This document shows, in pieces, positions 52,881 to 63,539 of a stretch of DNA of 64,000 bases. Under the pieces are notes generated by a model. It did no database searches. It was not told the DNA's origin and saw only the letters and a list, made by a program, of their open reading frames with translations. Position 1 is the first letter of the stretch. Every line of letters starts with the position of its first letter. Location of the stretch: NCBI GenBank assembly GCA_964106645.2, contig OZ067044.1; one strand, given 5' to 3'. The translations under genes and the position numbers were made by a program. This DNA comes from Podarcis pityusensis. Lineage: Eukaryota.

Positions 52881-52898
52881 ATGCGCCCGTTGCCATAA
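52881..52898 (+). other. Upstream ORF MRPLP*, whose stop overlaps the main ATG (TAATG)
   Basis: Reads ATG CGC CCG TTG CCA TAA; the last A of TAA (52898) is the A of the ARHGAP28 ATG. Confidence 0.7.
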
Positions 52899-53010
52899 TG
52901 GAGATAAAAGACACGGGCAGCGTGGTCCTGACAGCCTACCACTCTTACACCCCATCCCGGCTGGAGCCCAGCTTCGCTCCGGAGAGCCCCCCCAGCCGGT
53001 CGCCTCTCAG
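52898..53010 (+). CDS. ARHGAP28: First coding exon of Rho GTPase-activating protein 28 (MEIKDTGSVVLTAYHSYTPSRLEPSFAPESPPSRSPL + AG, phase-2 donor)
   Basis: ATG at 52898 has a strong Kozak context (A at -3, G at +4) and sits in a CpG island. The peptide matches the recalled human ARHGAP28 N-terminus MEVEDSGGVVLTAYHSYA; paralog ARHGAP18 has VVLTAYHP with a different N-terminus. The exon ends at CAG|GTAAAA (GT at 53011). Exon 2 was not found in the window. Confidence 0.88.
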
Positions 53011-53069
53011 GTAAAAGGAAGCGCGCGGGGAGCTGGCGAGGGGCGAGCTTTTGTCTCGAGGTCAGTCAT

Positions 53070-53090
53070 TGTGTGTGCGCGCGCGCGCGG

Positions 53091-53128
<38 letters not shown>
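53070..53128. repeat. (TG)n(CG)n tract followed by (GA)n at the start of intron 1
   Basis: TGTGTGTGCGCGCGCGCGCG GGG (GA)n directly visible. Confidence 0.9.
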
Positions 53129-53130
<2 letters not shown>

Positions 53131-53551
53131 CAGACAGGAGAGCGTGTGAGGGTCGCCCTCAGACACGCTCCTTCTCCCGTCCCTGCTTTTCTCCTCGTTT
53201 TCTCCTGAGGCGCCGAGGAAGTCTCCCTTCCTCTTCCCGCTGCAGTTTTGGCTGCGCCCTTGACCAGACGTGCGTCGAGGGAGCGGGGAGGGAGGCAGGG
53301 AGACGGGTTGGCGAAAGGTCTTCCGTTTAAAGTCTCCGGAGAGCTGCGGATCAAGTTTGTTTGCTGGCCGAGATGGGCGTTCAGATAACCTGCCGAGAAG
53401 CCGCGAGGGAATGAAGCGGGAGGGAAAGAGAGCGGAGGAATGGTCACTTATGGACGAGATGCACCGTTTAGGAAGGGGAAGAGTCAGCTGATAGTCAGAG
53501 CCGGTTTCATAGGCAAACTTGAGCAGTTTTCCCTTCTCCCCAGTTTATATA

Positions 53552-53652
53552 TAAACTCACAGGATCAGAAGGGACCCTGAGCAATTTTTCGCCCAACGTG
53601 GGGCTCGAACCCGCGACCCAGAGATTAAGGGTCTCGTGCTGAGCTATCCCAG
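53552..53652 (-). mobile_element. tRNA-Lys(CTT)-derived SINE / tRNA pseudogene with CR1-like tail
   Basis: Minus strand GGGATAGCTCAG--CACGAGACCCTTAATCTCTGGGTCGCGGGTTCGAGCCCCACGTTGGGCG matches vertebrate tRNA-Lys-CTT with the D-loop deleted, followed by GGTCCCTTC. Confidence 0.8.
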
Positions 53653-56600
53653 TGTAATCCTAGGCATGGCTACTCAGAAGTTAAGTCGCCCCGAATTCTG
53701 TGGGGCTTTTAGCTAAAGTGGACACAGGATTGCAGCCTAGGTGATTTATTTTTTTGGAGCAGGGTCATTTATTATCATTGCACACCCTTTGGTTTTTAGA
53801 TATCTGCTGATATTATATGAAATGCCTAACCCATCTCATCCCAAGGGCAGGTCACAATAATTCATGCAAGGCAGAAACAAGATTGAGCAGAAACAAGGAT
53901 ATTTAATGTATTTATTACATTATAAAATATTTCTCACATACAGAAGGTCAGGAGAGATGACCATTACAAGAGTTTTCATCCAAACGCCAGCAATCCCCAC
54001 AAGCAGGAATTTCACAATATTAAGTGTGTATCTTGCAGACATTCCTTGCATTTGTCCCAGATAAGTTTGCTGATAAAGGAAATTGTTTGGGTAACATCTT
54101 CCCTAGTGATACCTTTGGTCTTAGTGAAGCTGACCTTTCTTCTAAAGACCAGCCTGTTTTAGCTAATGTCAGCAAATGATATGTTTGTGGAAGTCTGTAG
54201 AGTTGGGGGGTTGTCTTTTCCTGGAAATGGGAAGTTCTCCCGTTTTAGAAATGGAAAAAAGTTAACATGCATAAAATTAAGATATTAAAGCAATAGTCAT
54301 ATGCTGCATTCTTGGAACTTTAACAATGACCAGTGCAAATATTATAGTAGCCAGACTAAGGGCATGCTACATTCTACATTACAGCCATCAGCAGGTGTCA
54401 GTTTAAGCTTAGAGGCCTACTATGTGGATTGAACAATCTCCACACTGCGACAAATGACCAAAGGTGTGCAGGTGTCATGGGGGCAATGAACAATATGCAC
54501 AATGAATTGCTTTTCGTAAACAACTTGCCAGATAGTGTTTTAGTCCTATGTGAAATAATTTAAAACATGGATAAGGAACTCGTGGCCAGGGCTGGATTTA
54601 GAGCTGTGTGAGCAGTGTGCATGCATTGGGTGCTGAGATGAGGCAGCTGTCTGAGGCACTGCCTTTCCAAAGGCGAGGTAGGGTCCTAGAGCCCTCCCAC
54701 CTACTTCCCAAAGCTGGGAAAGCGCTAACTAGGCTTGGCTTGGCTTTGGGAAGGCAGCGCAACAGCTGGAGAGGGAGGGTGGGTGCCAAATTTTGGCCTT
54801 CCACAGGGTGCCACGGAACCCAAGTCCACAACTGTTGTGGCCCTCCAGATGTTGTTGGACCCTATTCCCATCAGCCTCAGGCAGCATGGCTGGTAGTCAG
54901 GTGTGATAGGTGTTGTAACAGGGATGATGGGTGTTACAGCCACACATTTTCCATCTCGGACTGAAAGCAATTTCCATGCCAGTCATCATGTCATTGTATA
55001 CCAATCCAAAATTAGAAGAAATAGGCTGGAGACTATAATGTATGACAGTTTGGTACGGATTATAATTCTTCTGTGGAGTTTGTGAATGGCTTGTGGCACG
55101 TTGTGTCTGGGTTGTTGTTGTTGTTTTGTTTCATTTCCCCATCTGAAACAGTAGTTGTGATATATTTATAGGATACTCATGTCCATAAACAGTCTTCTAT
55201 TTTATATTCATTTTATAGCACAATTTTATTCAGAATTAAGGCCAACTGTGGTTAGTAGCATTCATTCATGGCATATTTGCTTAGGATTGCAGCCTGGGAA
55301 TTGGCATTATAGTGATTGTATTAATTTACTCAGATTTCAAAAATATATTGTGGGTGTTAGCTGTTTTGTGGATCCAAATTGTATGGAAAGGTAAGATAGA
55401 AATGAATTAAATATTTAAACATTTTGCATGAATGAGTGTCAGTGTGTGAAGGCCCTGGGATCAACGTAGGATTGCTTTTTCTTTTCTTTCCTAGTGTGAT
55501 ATCAAATGCATTAAAATAATAGGAGGAAATTTGAGGCCTACATCCCTAGCCCTAAGCCCAGTGGCCCAAGAATGTAGAGTGATTGCTAAAAGGGAAATAT
55601 ATATAGCCTTTGGTAGATTTTAATGAATGAATCAACTCTTAATTCCTTAGAACCTTGGACCGAAAGAAACTAAGTCAAAGTCCAGTATATCCAGTCCACT
55701 TGTCATCTAGATAGGTTCACAGCAAAGATGGCATTGGCATTCAGTTATCTAGCAGTGTTTGTTGGGGAGAATGTTAAGTATTTTAATGCTGATATTCATG
55801 TGTTTGGTTTGATTTATGGGACTTGAAATCTATGGGACTTGAAATATGCTTAATTTAGTGACCTTATAAAAAATTATTATTATTATAAGGTTAGCCCATC
55901 TGGCAGTTGTGGTTGTTTTTTTTTGGGGGGGGGAGATAAAATGATGTTTGATATGCATAGTTGGCATCCCTAGTAATAAGAACAACACAGTAATGACTCA
56001 GTGTTAAATTATTGCTGAAACCATCATTTCATTATCAAGGAGCAGAAAGAAAATGGCTTGGATCCAGAGCACTCGTGAGACGCTCCTGCTGGAGGAAGGC
56101 AGGAGATGATTTTTTTTTTGCTGAATCCTCCTTCACATTGCAGACCTTTGTGCCCACTGAAAAGTTGCTCTGGAGGAGTGTGGAAGGCAGGATAGGGAGC
56201 CACAGGTGAATCAGCAATACCCATTCTTCCAGTAGCAGCTTCCTCTGGATCTCATCCCCTTCCACAAATGGAAGGAGCCCTTCCATTCACAGAATGGACC
56301 CAATAAATTTTAAAATACAACATTTCTGTTACTTAAACAAAAGAGTTATGTTGTGTCAATTCATGTTGCTTCTAATAATAGTTTATAAACTCGCTTGAGT
56401 TCCAAACTCTGAAGTTGTGCCAGGAAAGAATACAAATAAGAACTACTATTCAGAAATATAAATGAAAACTTTAAGCTACTTTATAGGATACACATATGAA
56501 CAGCAAGTTTCTTAAGCTCCTGTAATGTTTTACACACACACACACACACACACACCCCTCTTCCAGTGAAGTTGCCCACTTCCTGCAGCTGTCTGGTTGC

Positions 56601-57155
56601 AGTAAGTGGTTTTTGCCATATGGGCAGTCAGAAACTCCATCTGTGTTTCCGAAGCTTGCTGTGGAAAGAGGTTGTATTACCTCAGCATGTGGTCCAGTGG
56701 AATGCAGAATGCATGAAAGAAAATGTACTAGTTGTTTTAGCAAAGGACAGAAAAGTCTGTGTTTGAATCCATGGCCTTTTTCCTTCTTCAAATTCTTTCT
56801 AATAAGTATTGTTATCATAATTATTCTCCGTTTTCTGTCTCCAGTTAGTACAGTGTGTTCAGTTTGGGTTCATTAAGACAGCAATCTGGAAAAGGGTTTT
56901 CTTTAGCTAAAGATATTTTTTTAAAAAAAACCCTACAGTTTTTCTTATGTTTAGTAATTGGACCTTGGAGTCTCATTCTACTTTGACCACTTTGATTATG
57001 CAGATGAAACATGCATATAAAATTAGTTGAATAATTTGTTATTTAGTACATTTTAAAGTGTAGAAATGAAGAATTTAAATTTATAAATTCAGTTTCTTGC
57101 TTTCATTAAAAAGCTAAAAAAAAATGAACAGCAAAGTTTAGTTTTTAACATAGTA

Positions 57156-57394
57156 CAGTGGTACCTCAAGTTACATATGCTTCAGGTTACATACGCTTCA
57201 GGTTTCAGGCTCCACTAACCCAGAAATAGTGCTTCAGGTTAAGAACTTTGCTTCAGGATGAGAACAGAAATCGTGCTCCGGCAGCGTGGCGGCAGCAGGA
57301 GGCCCCATTAGAAGTGGTGCTTCAGGTTAAGAACAGTTTCAGGTTAAGAACGGACCTCCGGAATGAATTAAGTACTTAACCCGAGATACCACTG
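57156..57394. mobile_element. Tigger/pogo-like MITE copy 6
   Basis: TA|CAGTGGTACCTC ... GAGATACCACTG|TA. Confidence 0.9.
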
Positions 57395-57569
57395 TATTGA
57401 CAGACCTCATGAGGATACTTCACACACCAACACACACACCCCCAGTCCACTAGAGCTAGCTATTTCCTCTTGTGTTGCACTAGTGTGGTGATTATGCAGG
57501 AAAATATACTTCTAATTTGTATGAAGTTCATTAACTGTTTTGATGTGATATGATATAAGGTGGCTAACC

Positions 57570-57808
57570 CCTTTCGCGTCTCCGCTCCTCCACATGCAGC
57601 TGCTGGGTGACCTTGGGCCAGTCACACTTCTTTGAAGTCCCTCAGCCCCACTCACCTCACAGAGTGCTTGTTGTGGGGGAGGAAGGGAAAGGAGAATGTT
57701 AGCCGCTTTGAGACTCCTGAAGGGGAGTGAAAGGCGGGATATCAAATCCAAACTCCTCCTCTTCTTCTTCTTCTTCTTCTTCTTCTTCTTCTTCTTCTTC
57801 TTCTTCTT
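57570..57808 (+). mobile_element. 5'-truncated tRNA-derived SINE with expanded (TTC)n tail
   Basis: Near-identical to 10747-10941; (TTC)n tail at ~57760-57806. Confidence 0.85.
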
Positions 57809-58059
57809 TCCTGCAGGAGCTGCCTGCTAAAGTGGCTGTGGCCCAAATAGAAAAGTAGGACGTGGTCATGGTATAAAAGTGGTTGTGACTGTGGTGGAAA
57901 ATTAATACCCTTTTCATTACATGCTGAATATATAGAATAAAGCATGGCTGTGGTTGTTTCTCCTTTGTGATTTTCCTGGTACTGAGGAAGCGACTACTTT
58001 TAGTTGGTGTTCCAAAATCCAGTGGGTTCATCTTGTATGAAGTTGGCTCTTTGCATATA

Positions 58060-58277
58060 CAGTGGTACCTCAGGTTACAGACGCTTCAGGTTACAGACTC
58101 CGCTAACCAAGAAATAGTACCTTGGGTTAAGAACTTTGCTTCAGGAAGAGAACAGAAATGGCGCAGTGGCGGCAGCAGGAGGCCCCATTAGCTAAAGTGG
58201 TACCTTAGGTTAAGAACAGTTTCAGGTTAAGAACGGACCTCCAGAATGAATTAAGTTCTTAACCTGAGGTACCACTA
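58060..58277. mobile_element. Tigger/pogo-like MITE copy 7
   Basis: TA|CAGTGGTACCTCAGGTTA ... TAACCTGAGGTACCACTA|TA. Confidence 0.9.
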
Positions 58278-58311
58278 TATAGTAGCATTGGAAAAACCTG
58301 TTCTTCCTGAT

Positions 58312-61300
58312 TTGTTGTTGTTGTTGTTTAGTCATTTAGTCATGTCCGACTCTTCGTGACCCCATGGACCAGAGCACGCCAGCCACTCCTGTCTTCCACT
58401 GCCTCCCGCAGTTTGGTCAGACTCATGTTTGTAGCTTCGAGAACACTGTCCAACCATCTCGTCCTCTGTCGTCCCCTTCTCCTTGTGCCCTCCATCTTTC
58501 CCAACATCAGGGTCTTTTCCAGGGAGTCTTCTCTTCTCATGAGGTGGCCAAAGTATTGGAGCCTCAGCTTCATGACCTGTCCTTCCAGTGAGCACTCAGG
58601 GCTAATTTCCTTAAGAATGGATGTGTTTGATCTTCTTGCAGTCCATGGGACTCTCAAGAGTCTCCTCCAGCACCATAATTCAAAAGCATCAATTCTTTGG
58701 CGATCAGCCTACTTTATGGTCCAGCTCTCACTTCCATACAACACTAGTGGGAAAACCATGGCTTTAACTATACGGACCTTTGTTGGCAAGGTGATGTCTC
58801 TGCTTTTTAAGATGTTGTCTAGGTTTGCCATCGCCTTTCTCCCAAGGAGCAGGCGTCTTTTAATTTCGTGACTGCTGTCACATCTGCAGTGATCATGGAG
58901 CCCAAGAAAGTAAAATCTCTCACTGCCTCCATTTCTTCCCCTTCTATTTGCCAGGAGGTGATGGGCCCAGTGGCCATGATCTTCGTTTTTTTGATGTTGA
59001 GCTTCAGACCATATTTTGCGCTCTCCTCTTTCACCCTCATTAAAAGGTTCTTTAATTCCTCCTCACTTTCTGCCATCAAGGTTGTGTCATCTGCATATCT
59101 GAGGTTGTTGATATTTCTTCCGGCAATCTTAATTCCGGCTTGGGATTCATCCAGCCCAGCCTTTCGCATGATGAATTCTGCATATAAGTTAAATAAGCAG
59201 GGCGACAATATACAGCCTTGCCGTACTCCTTTCCCAATTTTGAACCAATCAGTTGTTCCATATCCAGTTCTAACTGTAGCTTCTTGTCCCACATAGAGAT
59301 TTCTCAGAAGACAGATGAGGTGATCAGGCACTCCCATTTCTTTAAGAACTTGCCATAGTTTGCTGTGGTCAACACAGTCAAAGGCTTTTGCATAGTCAAT
59401 GAAGCAAAAGTAGATGTCTTTCTGGAACTCTCTAGCTTTCTCCATAATCCAGCCCATGTTTGCAATTTGGTCTCTGGTTCCTCTGCCTCTTCTAAATCCA
59501 GCTTGCACTTCTGGGAGTTCTTGGTCCATATACTGCTTGAGCCTTCCTTGCAGATTTTAAAGCATAACCTTGCTAGCGTGTGAAATGAGTGCAATTGTGC
59601 GGTAGTTGGAGCATTCTTTGGCACTGCCCTTCTTTGGGATTGGGATGTAGACCGATCTTCTCCAATCCTCTGGCCACTGTTGAGTTTTCCAAACTTGCTG
59701 GCATATTGAGTGTAGCACCTTAACAGCATCATCTTTTAAAAATTTAAGTACCGTATTTTTCGCTCTATAAGACGCACCAGACCACAAGACGCACCTAGTT
59801 TTTGGAGGAGGAAAACAAGGGGAAAAAAATTCTGAATCTCAGAAGCCAGAACATCAAGAGGGATCGCTGCACAGTGAAAGCAGCAATCCCTCTTGCTCTT
59901 CTGGCTTCTGGGATAGCTGCGCAGCCTGCATTCGCTCCATAAGACGCACACACATTTCCCCTTACTTTTATAGGAGGGAAAAAGTGAGTCTTATAGAGCA
60001 AAAAATACGGTAGTTCAGCTGGAATACCATCACTTCCACTGGCCTTGTTATTTGCAGTGCTTTCTAAGGCCCATTTGACTTCACTCTCCAGGATGTCTGG
60101 CTCAAGGTCAGCAACCACACTACCTGGGGTGTACGAGCCATCCATATCTTTCTGGTATAATTCCTCTGTGTATTCTTGCCACCTCTTCTTGATGTCTTCT
60201 GCTTCTGTTAGGTCCTTACCACTTTTGTCCTTTATTATGGTAATCTTTGTACGAAATGTCCCTTTCATATCTCCAATTTTCTTGAACAGATCTCTGGTTC
60301 TTCCCATTCTGTTGTTTTCCTCTATTTCTTTGCATTGCTCGTTTAAGAAGGCCTTCTTGTCTCTCCTTGCTATTTTTTGGAAATCTGCATTCAATTTCCT
60401 GTATCTTTCACTATCTCCCTCACATTTTGCTTGCCTTCTCTCCGCTATTTGTAAGGCCTCGTTGGACAGCCACTTTGCTTTCTTGCATTTCCTTTTCATT
60501 GGGATGGTTTTTGTTGCTGCCTCTTGTATAATGTTGCAAGCCTCCATCCATAGTTCTTCAGGCACTCTGTCCACCAAATCTAAATCCTTAAACCTGTTCC
60601 TCACTTCCACTGTGTATTCATAAGGGATCTGACTTAGATTGTATCTTACCGGCCCAGTGGTTTTTCCTACTTTCTTCAGTTTAAGCTTGAATTTTGCTAT
60701 AAGAAGCTGATGATCTGAGCCACAGTCCACTCCAGGTCTTGTTTTTGCTGACTGTATAGAGCTTCTCCATCTTTGGCTGCAGAGAATATAATCAATCTGA
60801 TTTCGATGCTGCCCATCTGGTGATGTCCATGTGTAGAGTCATCTCTTGTGTTGTTGGAAAAGAGTGTTTGTGATGACCAGCTTGTTCTCTTGACAGAACT
60901 CTATTAGCCTTTGCCCTGCTTCGTTTTGAACTCCAAGGCCAAACTTGCCAGTTGTTCCTTTTATCTCTTGACTCCCTACTTTAGCATTCCAATCCCCTAT
61001 AATGAGAAGAACATCCTTCTTTGGTGTCAATTCTATAAGGTGTTGTAAGTCTTCATAGAATTGGTCAATTTCAGTTTCTTCAGCACCAGTGGTTGGTGCA
61101 TAAACTTGGATTACTGTGATGTTAAAAGGTCTGCCTTGGATTCGTATCAAGATCATTCTATCATTTTTGAGATTGCATCCCAATACAGCTTTTGCCACTC
61201 TTTTGTTGACTACGAGGGCCACTCCATTTCTTTTACGGGATTCTTGCCCACAGTAGTAGATATGATGGTCATCCGAACTGAATTCGCCCATTCCCATCCA

Positions 61301-61798
61301 TTTTAGTTCACTGATGCCCAGGATGTCAATATTTATTCTTGCCATCTCATTTTTGACCACATCCAACTTACCAAGGTTCATGGTTCTTACATTCCAGGTT
61401 CCTATGCAATATTTTTCTTTACAGCATTGGACTTTCCTTTCGCTTCCAGGCATATCCGCAACTGAGCGTCCTTTCGGCTTTGGCTCAGCCGCTTCATCAG
61501 CTCTGAATCTACTTGTACTTGTCCTCCGCTCTTCCTCAGTAGCATGTTGGACGCCTTCCAACCTGAGGGGCTCATCTTCCAGCGTCATAACTTTTATATG
61601 CCTTTTGTATTTGTCTATGGAGTTTTCTTGGCAGGGATACTGGAGTGGCTTGCCGGTTCCTGCTCCAGGTGGATCACGTTTGGTCAAAACTCTCCACTAT
61701 GACCTGTCCATCTTGGGTGGCCCTGCACGGCATAGCTCATAGCTTCTCCAAGTTATTCAAGCCCCTTCGCCACGGCAAGGCAGTGATCCATGAAGGGG
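58312..61798 (-). mobile_element. Near full-length Bov-B (RTE clade) LINE, inactivated, antisense in ARHGAP28 intron 1
   Basis: APE motifs (GTWNVRTM, GISELKW, GDWNAKVG, SDHQL) and RT motifs (FIDYAKAFD, GVRQGCILSP, RYADD); (CAA)n tail; TSD GTTCTTCCT(G/A)AT (58300-58311, 61799-61810). Disabled by stops at 60839-41 and 59557-59, a frameshift near 58880 and a MITE insertion. Confidence 0.95.
59751..60010. mobile_element. Tc2/pogo-like MITE inserted in Bov-B
   Basis: TA|CCGTATTTTTCGCTCTATAAGAC ... GTCTTATAGAGCAAAAAATACGG|TA. Removing it rejoins ...DGIPAEL to LKFLKDDAVKVLHSICQQ. Confidence 0.92.
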
Positions 61799-63539
61799 GT
61801 TCTTCCTAATAGGTGGTCCCAAATCTTAAGTGGGTGTTTCTTTGTTGTTGGAAAATTTCTCTGTGGTTGTGCAGAGCTCATAGAACTCCAACACTTCCAT
61901 GGTTCTTTGTGGCAAGATAAGTTCCATTTGATATTCCTCTGGTATATTTGATAATTCCACAGTAAAGTGTAACACCAAAATGCTGTTTAAGGTTCTGGAA
62001 GTGCACAGTAAAGTTCTGCTACTGTTTTAGAATTATGTCTTCAAATGACTGGGAAATATGTTGTACTCAGTATTGCCCTTCCTAGCTGGTGTTGAAAAGC
62101 CTTAGAATAGAAAAAGCCTTCTTGTAGAATAGTAATCAGCTGGTTTTGCAGTTCAGTGTTCAGCTATTTTGTGACATCTACCACAAATGCCAGGTCAGCC
62201 ACTATTTGTCACTCAGTTCTTCAGCTGGCTTCCCACTGGACCTCATGAACAGTTTCATTTCTTCACGGAGCTCATAAAACTGCTTTAGTGCAGTACCTCT
62301 GCTCAGCTGTTATACTTCACATAGTCAGGTTAAGGTTCTTCAGAAACTCTTTGATCTAGCAACTGTTCAACCTCCGGCTCTTTATAAAGCCAATGCAGGA
62401 AATTAATTGATTGATTTGATTTGGTTTATTGTATTACTATGCATCTTTTCATTCAAATGAATCTCAAAGTTACTTACAAACAAACAAACAAACAATAAAT
62501 AAATAAATAACAATAACATAATAGAACATCACAAAACAGCATAAATAGTATAAAATAATTAACAAATCACCAACAAAACAATTACAATCTGTAAATCACT
62601 ATTAACAAAACAGCAACAGTCATGGCAATATTACTATCTATTTAGGCCAAGCTAATTTCACACCTATAACTGGAAAGAACCCCATAGTTCCAATTAAGTC
62701 CAAACTGAGTAGAATCAAATTTCTGAAAATTTTTAGAGCAGGGGTAACAGACTAACATAGGTGCTCCTCAGGAAGGAAGGAAGTCTTAAACTGGCACCCA
62801 AAAGTTGGGAACTGTCAGCACCAAGAAGGCCTCACTTAGGACAGTATTCCACAGGGGGGAATTATTTAGTAATTATTTTTCAGTTCTGCCTTCTTGTTTG
62901 CGCCTCCACCGTGTTTCCTGGTTTATTTTCCAGTTCTGACGTGCTCTTTAGTTCTGGCTTATGCCTTGATTCTGTTTCCTGGTTTGTTCGTTGGTTCTGA
63001 CTTGCTTTGTCCCTTGGCTCACTCCAGACTGCTACCCATGATCATGCCCTGACTTAGGGTATGCATAGGGAGGCTGTTGCCAGCATAGCTAGTCAGCATT
63101 TTTTTGGCTTGTCCATCCTATTTTGCATTTTAGTTCCACCCCTTTACTGGGGGCTGTTACCACCAGCTGTGCCAATTTGCTGATGTCATTACCACTCAAA
63201 TGCCTTTATAATGCCCCACAATTGAATTGTCAGCATTCTTTGTCTGTTGTGTTCCATAATCAGCTTTACTCAGTATTACTGTGCTACACCTTGTTATATG
63301 ACTGCCAGTAGCCCATGATGCTGTAATAGTCAATGATGTGGGTTGCTTTGTAATGCCAGCAAAGTTCTAGAGATTGTGACACCACATTACATTCATAAGT
63401 GAGCATGCAATGTCATAAAACATGTGGCAGTGTAATGGCTTATAGGATCAGGCTGTAAGCATTTTTATTCCATTTTCTTTACGTTATTTAGAAGCCTTTG
63501 GCACAAATTAAAACTCAGTTCATGGGATGAGTTCAACAT

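Larger units (their letters stand above)
52380..53650 (+). promoter_or_regulatory. CpG-island promoter / 5'UTR of ARHGAP28
   Basis: The only strongly GC- and CpG-rich block in an otherwise CpG-depleted window. GC boxes at 52629-52652, TATA-like CTTAAAG at 52760-52766, TCF/LEF consensus CCTTTGATC at 52800-52808. Exact TSS unknown. Confidence 0.85.

Noticed and set aside
52472-53491. Overlapping GC-rich ORFs on both strands, suggesting a divergent gene
   Set aside because: Stop-codon scarcity in a CpG island. Only the MEIKDTG frame has homology and a splice donor.
53590-53652. Functional tRNA-Lys gene
   Set aside because: The D-arm/A-box is deleted, the acceptor stem is broken, and a CR1-like tail follows, so it is a SINE or pseudogene.
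9928-55846. Short tandem duplications (~9928-9963, ~35740-35762, ~43794-43814, ~55815-55845) as transposon excision footprints
   Set aside because: Unit lengths of about 10-20 bp do not match TA or 8-bp TSDs; ordinary slippage duplications.
57699-58031. Poly-Glu / poly-Arg ORFs
   Set aside because: Translation of the SINE (TTC)n tail.
58356-61742. Long plus-strand ORFs (171, 142, 192 and 142 aa)
   Set aside because: Antisense shadows of the Bov-B coding sequence.
259-63311. Most of the 60-150 aa ORFs in the supplied track
   Set aside because: No recognisable domains, many start at non-ATG codons, and the lengths are those expected by chance in vertebrate non-coding DNA.
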